A DNA stretch of 64,000 nt from Camelus dromedarius (Eukaryota): positions 91,576,001 through 91,640,000 of the forward strand of contig NC_087472.1 of NCBI RefSeq assembly GCF_036321535.1, written 5' to 3'. Below are positions 49,839 to 60,744 of this stretch, one piece after another. The notes below the pieces were generated by a model that was given only the letters and a program-made list of their open reading frames with translations, was not told the DNA's origin and made no database searches. A program made the translations under genes and the position numbers. Numbering within the stretch: position 1 is the first letter of the stretch; every line of letters begins with the position of its first letter.

Positions 49839-51229
49839 GGTGATTGTGGTCAGACACAGCAGGTGATCTGGGCAGAGAGGAGAGAGGATGAGGAGTGTGA
49901 GCACCCGCAGCAGGGAGGTACCAACCACTCTGACTTTAAGAAGGCCGCTCTGCAGGTTTCTGCACAGGCACTCTAGGAACTCACAGGACTCCTGATCACT
50001 CTGTCCTCTGAGAACTCTGTGGAAATAATTAAAGTGAGCCTCAGGCTGTAGCCTGCCAGCTCTGCCCGGTGTTTGCTGAGGCTCAGGGTAGCAGTGGGCG
50101 AGTCCAGTTCTTGTGGAGCCTCCTCTGCTCTGGAGGACAGGGGTCCCCAGTTCACACTCAGGACCATCATATCAACTTCTGGCAGGGCCTGGGCCCCGTG
50201 TTCTGTGCTGCTCTAAATTTATACCTCAAACCCAGCTCCTCATCTTCTTGGGAGGCCTTCAGGAGAGGTGGAGGGGCATCTTAGTCCACCACCCCCGCCA
50301 GGGGGCACCCACAGCTGACAGCTCTATGGGACTCTGTCTGTATCCGTTGAGGTTCCCAGTGCTCACTTAAGGTCCCTTGGCTCTAGGTAGGGCCTGGGAA
50401 ATCTGCCTCTGCTGATCTGATGCATCTCTTCTCAGACAAAGGCTCTCACCAATCTGATGCCATCAAAAAGAAAGGATGGTTCACATACACCTGACTTCCA
50501 TGCCTGGGCTCCTCAGTGTTGCAAGCAAGGAGGGGAGGGACTCTCTGTTGTCACCTCTTTAGTGGGGTGAAGGGTATCATCAATGTTCATTCAGGGTCCT
50601 CACCATAACTCCTATAAAGCCCTGGGTCTCCTCCCTCTGCAAAATTGTGGACAATTAATCCAACATCCTTACCTCTCTGGGACTCTCCAGACAGTAATGA
50701 GGGGAGTGCCTCAGCTTAACAGATATTCTGGATTTCTGAGAAAAGGTGCAGAATTTATGAGATCCTATTTTTTCAGAGTCGGTATTCCCCTAGTCCTCAT
50801 TCATGTCTCTGACCTTAACACTGGGTAGGCAGTAGGACTTGTCCCTCCAATAACCTAGGGAGTCTAGCCTCAGAGCAAAGCCCTCAATTCCCTGAGTCCC
50901 TAGAGGGGAAAGTCAGGGTCCTCTATATATGACTACCCCTAACTGGAGCCTCCTAGAAGTAAGTACAGGGGCGCTGCTCTGTGACACCTCACCTAAATGG
51001 GGAGAAGTTCCCTTATTAATACTCAAGGCCCTCACCTTCACTGCAGTAAGGGCCTACGTATCCACCATTTGTAGGACGGGGGTTACTCCCTAGATCAAGG
51101 CCCTCCTTCCCTAACACATTCCAGGCCGAACTCAGTCTGATGGCTCTACTGGGGCTTCCTAGAGCTTACAGCAGCAGTGAAACTTTGTGTGGCCCCCTCA
51201 GTTTCCACCAAATTCTTCACCTTGACTCC

Positions 51230-51400
51230 AGACCAGTCCTGGGAATCCACCCGCCGCTGGCCAGAGGCCTCACCTCACACAGAAGTTTTCACTTCCTGGA
51301 AACTCGAAACGGAAGTCATGATGACTCATATCCGGCCACGAGTGCACAGGGTCTCTAAGAGCTGACAGCAGGGGCGGGGCTCTATGGGACGGGACCCCAG
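51230..51400 (-). promoter_or_regulatory. Second, CpG-containing promoter module of MAGEB3 (possible alternative first exon)
   Basis: CGGAAGT at ~51310, ATCCGGCC at ~51329 and a GC box at ~51371-51380, with the same spacing as in the 51.9-52.0 kb module. Confidence 0.5.
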
Positions 51401-51849
51401 TGTTCTGGAATCGGTGGTCCCTAGGTCCTCATTCAAGATTCCTGTCTATCAGAGCCTGGGACTCCTTCCTTTACTGAACTATGTCCACAAGCCTCCAAAC
51501 AAAGCTTCAGCTCCTTGAGCTCCTAGTGGGTAAATCAGGGCCTGTTATTTGTGACGACCTCTGCCCAGAGCCTCCAGGAACTGAGGGTGCTGCTTTGGGT
51601 TGCCATCTCTACCAGGGAGAGAACCCCTCATTAGCATTCAGGACCCTCCCCTTGACTTTAGTTAGGGCCTAGGTTTCCTTGATTTGCAGAAACGAGGCTA
51701 CTCTCTTAGACCAAAGCTTTCTGCCCTGAGACTCTCCAGGCAAAACTTAGCCTAAAAGCTTTGCTGGAAATCTCCACAGCTGATCACAGAGAAGGGACTT
51801 TGTGGGGCCCCCTGGGTTATGGGAGTGGGTAATGGACTCTCTGGTCCAC

Positions 51850-52100
51850 AAGCAGGCCCTCACCTTGCCTTCAGACCAGCCTTCAGAATCCACCTTCCGC
51901 GGAACAAACGTTGTGCACAACCGTCTGACCCCCTAGCCCCGGAAGCGGAAGTCACTAGCGAGCCACTTCCGGCCACGGCTGTGCGGCGCACGGTCTCTGA
52001 GGGCTGACTGCAGGGGCGGGGCTCTGTGGACTCCGTGGGCGGTCCCTCAGGCTCCTCCCTCAGGATCCTCCGTGCGCCACCTATCAGAGCCAGGAAGCTC
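51850..52100 (-). promoter_or_regulatory. CpG-rich promoter/non-coding first exon of MAGEB3
   Basis: CCGGAAGCGGAAGT (51939-51952), inverted ACTTCCGG (~51965-51972), GC box at 52013-52022 and a minus-strand donor GTGAGG at ~51858-51863. Homologous to 33110-33330. Confidence 0.7.
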
Positions 52101-53168
52101 TCCCTCTACAGACCCGAGTCCTCCAGCTCACAAAGCCCTCGTCTCCTGACTCCCTAGTGGGGAAGTCAGGGCACCCTGCTTGTGACCCTCTCTCCCTGAG
52201 GATACGGTTGCTACCCTGTGAGCCTCCCTCTTTGGGGGAGAGCTCCTCTCACTAGCACTGAGGTCCCCACCTTGACTCTGGTTATGACCAAGACTCCTCC
52301 CTCTTCAGAACTGGGGCCCATCCTGTGAGACAAAACCTTCCCTTACTGAGACCTGACAGGCAGAAATGAGGCTTCTCAGCCTTATATCTCAGCCTGAAGC
52401 CTCTCGTGGTTAAGAATGGTAGGCAGGGATCTGTAAAGCCCACTCATTTGTGTATCTTACTCCCTTTCCTCAGTCCTGGACCTCACCTTGCTCCTGGCCA
52501 GTCCCGAGACTGGACACTCCCTGACAAGAAGTTATTCTGCTCAAGTTAAGGTCTACTTGTTCCTGAGACTTCCGAGGTAGAAGTTACAGTGAGCCATATT
52601 AGGCCAGGGATGTTTGGGTCCTGAGAACTGACAGAGTGGAGTCTCTACCGATCAGATGACAGTTCTGGAATCAGTGGTCCCTACATTCCTCACTTGGGGT
52701 CCTCCACTTGGCATATATCTAACCTGAGATTCTCCCTCTACTGAACTGAGGCCATTCTTCCTTAGACCAAGACTTTGAATTTGCTGAGAACTGTAAGGAA
52801 TATAAGAGGGGATGCCCAATCTGACTTCCCTGCTTGGGCATTGTAGGCCTCCAAGCAAGCTTGGGCAGGTCTCTGAATGACCTTATATTTTGGAGTGGTT
52901 GTCTCTTCCAGTCCTCATTCATGGGGGTCCTCATTTTGTCTATTTCTTGGATTAAAAGGTTCCTGGGGACTGTCACACCCCTGCAAACTCTTGAGCAGTG
53001 TCCCTAACGCAAACCTTACAGTTTCATGTCCCATACTCAATGTGAAATGGGGAACCTACAACATGATGCAAGGGGTCCAGGATAGGGGTGGACTCCCAGA
53101 GAAAAATAACACTGATCTGTCCTTTTCAAAAGCCAGAGTTACCCTCTTATGTGACTTGTTTTGATTTA

Positions 53169-53601
53169 CAGGCAGACCTTTTTTTATTGTATTTCACTTC
53201 ATCATACTTGACACATAGTATGTTTTATTACAAATTGAACGTTTGTGGCAACCCTGCATTGAATGTGTATATGGGTACATTTCCCCAACACCATTTGCTC
53301 ACTTCAGGTCCCTGTGCCACATTTTGTTAATTCTTGAAATATTTCAAATTTTTTCATTATTGTATTTGTTATGGTGTCATCAGTTAACTGTGATCAGTTA
53401 TCTTTGTTACTATTGTAATTGTTCTATATTTTTAAATTAAGATGAATACATTGTTTAAGGTATTGTTTAGTAAATGTACAATAGGATTAACAACTTTTAT
53501 AAGCATTGGCAAACAAAAAAATTTGTGTAACATACTTTATTGCAATATTTGCTTTATAAAAGTGGTCGGGAACCTAACCCACTGTATCCGAAGTATGCCT
53601 G
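53169..53601 (+). mobile_element. Tigger1 internal-deletion derivative
   Basis: Starts CAGGCAGACCT...TTACAAATTGAACGTTTGTGGCAACCCTGC and ends AAGTATGCCTG, matching Tigger1 termini. Confidence 0.85.
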
Positions 53602-53921
53602 CACTTCTAAAGGAAAGGAGCTGTCCAGGATGGTTTTGCGATTCCTTGATTGAGGTCATTTGACACAGCATATAGAACTGATCATACTATCACTGAATAT
53701 TATTATTTCTCCTTATTCATAACTTTGATTTACTGAGGTATTGTTCAATGCTTAGGATATACTGCAACCCAGTTCTTTGGGCACAGAGTCATTATTTTTA
53801 ACCTAAGACACATTTGAATATTAAAGAACAAGAGCTCTGCTTTAGGTAAAGAGGAGTAGAACAGTATGGGATCTAGAGAAATTCAGACCAGGAGTATAGT
53901 TCCAGGCCTGTCATTTGCTAG

Positions 53922-54404
53922 CATTAATGAGCAAGGGCTCACTGCCTGCCACACATAGAAGCCAATACAATGGCACTGACTTTAGAGATAGGAACTTTAT
54001 GGCAAGGTAGATTGGCAAGGAGACAGGAGGCAGTGCTCTCACATCTGTCTCCTCAAATCCAGGGTTCAGGGTAAAATTTAAGGGTTTTAGGGGAATTTCA
54101 AACTTGAAGGCTAATTGGCCAGTCTTGAATTAGTTCACATAAGATATTCATGCCACTGGAAGCCAGACTTTACTAAGTGAAGGACTTCACTTAATAAGGA
54201 TCTCCCATGGCAACATTTCTATTCTTTGAGTTCCACAGACGGGAGATTCTTAGTTCTGGGGTCATCCTGGAAACATGGGTTCCTGCTTGCATGTGTACAG
54301 TGCTGTCTCTAAAAATAACTCATGGTTTGATTAATCAACAACCTATTTTAAGGAGGCAAAACCAAAACCAGTTTAAGCTGCTCAGTGTTTTACATGCCTT
54401 TTCA
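53922..54404 (-). mobile_element. ERV1 3' LTR
   Basis: Starts TGAA directly after the polypurine tract AAAAAAGGTGGGGGGAT. Aligns with the 5' LTR and is 84 bp longer. Confidence 0.88.
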
Positions 54405-55094
54405 ATCCCCCCACCTTTTTTGGTACATTCCTCCATCTTGAGGGAAATAGGGAGATGACTGCTCTAGCTGCTTCATGCTGATTAGAGGGAGTGATTTTTT
54501 AAAAGAGGAATGAAATTGTTTGCATTTAATCGTAAACACTGAGTCCAACCTTGAACTCTTAAGTCTTGGGCTATCATCATGCGAGTGGGGGAGTCCTTTT
54601 AAATATAAAGAGACAAACAATATGGACAAAATTTGTTGGAGTAAAAGGATTAACACTAAAATACACACAACTAGGACTCAATTTTAACAGTCCTTCAAAA
54701 ATAGACCTCATTCCTTTGGCAATCCATATAAGCATGTTATAGCATCTAATTCTTTCACAGTATGATATTTTAAGACTGCAGTTAGCACTCAGTCTTAAGG
54801 AAGGGCCTCATGTAACATTTCATAAGGGCCCAACTGGAGCTTGATTCTAGGGGCTACTCTTTCCTAAGCAGGGCAACTGGTAAGACTTTATCTGAAGTTG
54901 CTTTCTTGACATTTTAGTGGTTGTCTTTATGGTCTGATTCATCTTTTCAGTCTTTCCTGTAGACTGAGGTCTCCATGAAGCACATAATTCTACTGTATTC
55001 CAAGGGCCTTAGACACCCCTTGAATTACCATGGCTATGAAAGCTCCTCAGTTGTCACTTTGAATTGAAAGAGGCAACCCAAAATGAGGCATCCT

Positions 55095-55796
55095 TTCTTT
55101 TTTGTTATTGAAGTGTATTTGATTTACAATGTCAGTTTCAGGTGTACAGCAAACTGATTCAGTTATGCATATACATACATATATATTTCTTTCAGATTCT
55201 TTTCCATTTTACGTTATTACAAGAAACTGAATATAGTTTCCTGTGCTTTACAGCAGGTCCTTGTTGTTATCTATATATATAATCATGTGTGTCTGTTAAT
55301 CCCTAACCCCTAATTTATCCCTCTCTGCCCTTTCCACTTTGGTAACAATAGTTTGTTTTGTATGTCTGTGACTTGGTTTGTAAACAGAATTTGTATCATT
55401 TTTTTTTTTAGATTCCACATATAAGTGATTCCACATATATGGTATGTGTCTTTATCTGTCTGACTTACTTCACTCAATATGATAATCTCTAGGTCCATCC
55501 ATGTTGCTGTTAATGGTATTATTTCATTCTTTTTTATGGCTGAGTAAAATTTTATTGTATAAATATACCACCACTCCTTTATCCAGTCATCTGTCGATGG
55601 ACATTTAGGTTGTTTCCATGTCTTGGCTATTGTAAATAGTGCTGCTGTGAATATTGGGGTGCATGTGTCTTTTCAAATTATAGTTTTCTCTGGATATATG
55701 CTCAGGAGCGGGATTGCTAGATCATAGGTTAAGTCTACTTTAGTTTTTTAGGAATCTCCATACTGTTTTCCATAATGGCTGCACCAAACTACATTC
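55095..55796 (-). mobile_element. L1 3' end inserted within the ERV pol region
   Basis: Poly-T, then antisense L1 3'UTR/ORF2 end (track ORF MDLEIIILSEVSQT...). Confidence 0.88.
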
Positions 55797-58370
55797 AAAT
55801 AAGTTTGTCCTTTTGAAACTCAAATCCTAGATATTTTACAGTTGGCAGAGAAATTTGTACCTTTTCCTTACAGACTTTATATCCCCTGTCTGTCAGAAAG
55901 CTTAAATTAAGGATTTTATTTTGGTCTGAAACTTCCTGGGTTTTATGAGCTATTAGTATATCATATTAAGACTCCCTCATTTAATTGGAAATCTCTTAAG
56001 TCCTTGGCTAAGGCTTCCCCAGAGATGGTGGGGGCATTCTTAAGTCCTTGTGGGAGTACCATCCTGCAATACTGTCATTTTATGTTAGTCTCCAGATCGT
56101 CCCATTCAAAAGCAACCAGCTCCTGGTAATCAGGACTTAGGGATATGCAGTAAAAAGCACCTTTTAAGTACAGAATCATACACTAGTCCAAGTCTCCAGA
56201 TAAACTTGTAAGCAAACTACAAGGATTTAGCACCACTTGATATACATCCTCCACAATTTGGTTAATGGCTCTCAAATCCTATACAAAATGATAATCTCTG
56301 GTTCCAACTGTTTTTACCAGCAGGATTGGAGTATTATGTGAGGACTGACAAGGTTAAATTTATTAGCTTTTAAGAAAGGTGGCTATCAGAGGCTTTGTAA
56401 TTTTCTTAGCATGCCTCTTTAAAGACTATTGCTTTAAATTTAGAATTTGGGCCCCAGGATAGAGTTTTACTAACAGGTCAGCTGACTTGGGTCTTCCTGG
56501 CTTCTTAGCCTAAACTGAGCTCTACAGTTGGCTGACTAGTTTTCTCAAAATAGTTAACTTCTTAGCCAAAAAACAAGACAAAACAAAACAAAACACTGAG
56601 GAGCCTGGAACAACTGCCTTTAGCAAATGCTGGCTGCGTCTTCCCAGCCTTCATGGATTAGGCCCAACATCAACCAGTGGTCTTATCAAAAACTCGAGGT
56701 CTGAGTGATGCAGAAATGTTAGCTGCACCTGGAAAACCCTGGCATTCATGGGAGATGAAGGAAAGCACCAGGGTTTGCCAATCTATGGCTTAGAGCACAC
56801 TTTGTTCCTTTGTAGGAAGCACCTGGGCACACTAGAGACTTGCACCCTCAATTTAGGAACCAATTCCATCTCCTAGTTTGGTTTCTGTAAAGACTTGGCT
56901 GTAAGAATTCCCTGGACAAGCCACTGAGAATGGACAGCCTCAAAGATGACCAGCTTGGATGTGAGGGTTTACTTAGGAAACACTGGAAAGCTTTCCATTA
57001 GAGATGAGTGTCACGAACTGTAGCTTGAGAGGCACACAAGATAACCAGCTGCCAAGGAATCTGACCCAGCGGTTCCAGGACTGTAGCCCATTTGGTCAGA
57101 AGCTCCTAATAGTTTTTCCCCTACCTGCTGAAGGCAAGCTTGCCTATCACAGAGGGGCCTATCAAAATTCAGGCTCTATCTCACTCACCGTCTTGAAAAA
57201 TTTTCCCATTGAAAAGGAGGGTGAAAGAGGCGATTGTATCACTCTGAAGGAAGCAAAGCAAGAAGTGGTCTTAGAGCTGAGTTTCAGAGAGAAATTCAGG
57301 AATATACAGGTTGAAATACCCAAGTCCTCACTTCCTTTCTGAGCATGTTGGGGTTTAATCTTTCTGATCAATGACTGAAACATTTTACCTCCCAGAAGAA
57401 ATCACAGACAAGCTCATCTAGACGTCAGGGCAACTTCCAGGTGGAATAACTTCCAGACCAAGGCCTCTATATAGCCCATGACCTTTAGCACCACCACCAA
57501 TATTTGTTCCTCCTGGCAAACTTTCCTTTTTAACACTGTATATATACACACTTAAAAGCAATTCAGCACTAACCCCCTGCTAGTCTGGCGCATACAGAAG
57601 AGGGTTAAAATTCTCAGAAAGATCACAATGTGTACAGTTTTATATAAAACTCCTTTAACCCTGGCGTGGGGTATGTTCTTCCCAGGTGGAACATTTTCCT
57701 GCTTTATGTTCCCTGATTTTTCCTTTGCTGTCTCACCCCAACAAGGTCATCACACCTAGTTTCATTAAGAACACACACGTAACAATACCTCCAGGCAATC
57801 ATATTTGGCACGGGTGAAAAATCCCATCACATCCATAAGGCAAGGTTTCCAGTCCTGGAGCAATGTCTTGTCTCTCCCAAGTCAGAGGCCCCTCATTAAT
57901 ATCAGGTTTAATAAAGTTTTGCTATAGTCACCCAAGAGCCAACTCCTATTAGCCAGTCCTAACAAATATTATAGACATGACATAGGCAAACAAAGAAATC
58001 CAAAGGCCTGGGACTTTAACACAAGGTATGCGACTCTAACCCAATCCTTTGAGTACCGCATCAGCTGTAACATCTGCTGTTGTCTCTCTTAGGTTGGGAC
58101 TCTAACCCATGATCCTGATGAGGTTATTAGACAATTTAGGTATAGGCATGTTTTAATGAGGTTACTCACCCAAAAGACGTCTGATGCAGGAGCTGTTTCT
58201 TCTCTCACAAGTTAAAGCAGCCCAAGGAGCCTGGTGTGCCATGATGGGGAAGCAACAACCCGACCACCGGCTCTAGACAAATTCAGTCTAGGCGCCACTC
58301 AGGGTCGGTGGCTAGGGCCCACACTCTGCCGGGGGCTCCAGCGTCTCAGGCAGGTGATCACAAGACCTCA

Positions 58371-58388
58371 ATCTCATCTGGGTCCCCA
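58371..58388 (-). other. Primer-binding site, tRNA-Arg type
   Basis: TGGGGACCCAGATGAGAT matches TGGCGACCCAGATGGGAC (complement of the 3' end of a tRNA-Arg-CCG as recalled) at 15/18 positions. Confidence 0.7.
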
Positions 58389-58392
58389 ACAC

Positions 58393-58791
58393 TGTTACTG
58401 AGCAAGGGCTCACTGCCTGACACCTACAGAAGCCAATACTACACCAGTTTGGGGGAAAAGTGCTTACTGAAAGGGGTTAGGGGAATTTCAAACTTGGAAG
58501 CTGATTGGCTAGTCTGGAATTAGTCCATATAAGCTACCCATGCTGCTGGAAGCCAGATTTTCCTCATTGAAGGAATGCTACTTTGTAAAGGGCTCTGGTG
58601 GCAACATTTCTATTATTTGAGTTCTGCAGAATGAAGTTTCTCGGTTCTGGAGTCATCCTGGAGACATAGGTTCCTTCTTGCATATGCATAGTACTGTCTC
58701 AAAAAATAACTCAAGGTTTGATTAATCAACAACCTATTTAAGGAGGCAAAACCAGTTTAAGTGCTGTTCTCTAGCCCTTATGTGCTGTTCA
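58393..58791 (-). mobile_element. ERV1 5' LTR
   Basis: Minus-strand ends TGAA...TAACA, followed a few bases later by the PBS. Aligns with 53922-54404. Confidence 0.88.
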
Positions 58792-59834
58792 CTAGCCCTG
58801 TGAACTTGAACTCAGTACCAAATTGCAAGACAGAAAAACCTGCAGTTTATCAAAATGCTGCCTAGCAAGGACAATCATGTAATGTCTACATCAGAGGACA
58901 TAATATATAATGAACTTGTGGGAGGGACTTTCCCAGTTGGAGATAACTCAAAGTTCTTAGAAATTTGTTGATGGCCAATATCTTGTCTCCCAGCTACCCT
59001 TTCATCTAAATTGCCATTATTTTCAGTTACTTAACCACCAACAAAAATCTAGAACTTACCTAGAAGTCGTCAAAATACACACAAGATAAAATAATTGAGT
59101 ACCCTTTTAATGGAGAGATCTCTGGCTCCCCCAACCCAGGGTAAAGATTGCCAGACCAGTGGATTCTGGATTCTCTGAGGCCCTCCATCTGAGGGTCTGG
59201 CCCTGTTCTCTGCTCCCATAGCCTCATCGAGCCCACCAAGCAACCTTTCACTGAAGTATCTGCATTTTCCTAAGGCCCCTAATTGCCTTGCCTCAGGCCA
59301 TTTACATCTGATTGCTTTGAACTCCAACTGCCTCCCCTCTTTACCCCCACTTTTTACTTGTTCTGTAAGTCATAGGGAGTATCTCACCATCTTTTTATAT
59401 AATAGGAGCTCCTAAACTCTAAAATTCAATGTGCAGGGGCTAGATCTTGTCTTTATAGTTGTTGTTTTGGTTTTTTTGTTGGGGGGGCGGGGGGGTGGAA
59501 GCATTCACAGTACTAATATGAAGCTTTCCAAAGAGTTCATTCCCAATCAATGACTGGGAAATAAACAAGAGAGTAGCATGTGGTCTAATCCATTAGAATA
59601 TAATTTACCTTACATTACTGAATAATCTAAGCAAATCCAGGTATGTAACTTTTATGTTTACAAGAAAAAAATGAGAAAGAATTAGGTAAAACAAAAATTG
59701 ACAGTCCTTTCCTTATTTACACTCTTTCTTTTGGCCTTTATTGATCAAATATTTATACACTGCCTACTGTATACTATGTACTATGCTCAGACTACATCCC
59801 CAAATAAGACAAAATATCTACTCTTACTTTGAAA

Positions 59835-59988
59835 CCACCTTATTGAGGTATGATTGACATACAAAAAGCCGTACACATTTAATATATACAACTTGATGAG
59901 TTTGTAGGTAAGTATACACTCTTGAACCATCACTACACTCTATGCCATAAACATATCTGTTACCTCCAAAAGTTTCCTCCTGCCTCAT

Positions 59989-60059
<71 letters not shown>

Positions 60060-60690
60060 GAAGGGGTAAGAACACTTATAACATGTAACCTCTCAGCAAA
60101 TCTTTAAGTATCACATATGGAATTGTTAACTGTAGACTCTATACTATTCAGTACACCACTAAGAATTATTCACCTTAGATAACTGAAAATTTGTGCCCTT
60201 TGACAAGTAATTCCCCATTTCCCCTCTCCCCAGCCCCTGGCAGCCACCATTCTACTCTGCTTCTATCAGTTTGACTATTTTAGATTCCTCATTTAAGTGG
60301 TATCTGTATTTGTCTTCTGTGTCTAGCTTATTTCACTGAGCATAATGTCCTCTAGGTTCATTGCTGTTGTTGCAAATGACAAGACTTCCTTCTTTTTAAG
60401 GCTGAATAATACTCTGTTGTATGTATATACTGTATTTTCTTTATCCAGTTGTCCATCAGTGGACATTTAGGCTGCTTCCATGTCTTGGCTATTGTGAATA
60501 ATACTGCAATGAACATGGGAACACAGATATCTCTTGGAGATCCTGATTTCAATTCCTTTGGATGCCCAGAAGTGGGACTGCTGAATCACATGGTAGTTAA
60601 ATTTTTATTTTTTTTGAGGAACCTCAATACCATTTTCCATAATGGTTAAACCAATTTACATTTCCACTAATGGTATAAAAGAGCTCTCTT
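59835..60690 (-). mobile_element. L1 3' region
   Basis: The track [25 protein letters not shown] is the L1 ORF2 C-terminus. Confidence 0.85.
59987..60059. repeat. (ATTT)n microsatellite
   Basis: Read directly from the sequence. Confidence 0.97.
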
Positions 60691-60744
60691 TTCTAAATGT
60701 GTACACTTAATCAGTTTAGTCAACTTGGGGAGAGAGCAAGACAA

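Larger units (their letters stand above)
50120..52930 (-). repeat. Degenerate tandem array of ~210 bp MAGE 5'-region modules (~13 copies)
   Basis: The same landmark recurs at ~50188, 50393, 50621, 50834, 51052, 51238, 51455, 51668, 51880, 52091, 52288, 52500 and 52720. Confidence 0.72.
53922..58791 (-). mobile_element. Decayed class I (gamma-like, ERV1) endogenous retrovirus provirus
   Basis: Two homologous LTRs (53922-54404 and 58393-58791) and a 4-bp TSD CTAG (53918-53921, 58792-58795). PBS at 58371-58388, PPT at 54405-54421. RT remnant PCQSSHNTPILLVK...FV*DLRAINQ...LPQGLKNAPT...VKYLGF (55800-56355). Integrase core remnant HFGLPLSIQSDN...SKALGI...WRPQSTGKTEKMN (54900-55095). Possible env TM tail at ~54430-54700. 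Confidence 0.92.

Noticed and set aside
50120..52930. CRISPR-like repeat-spacer array
   Set aside because: Mammalian DNA; the units are long, highly diverged tandem duplicates without identical short repeats or cas genes.
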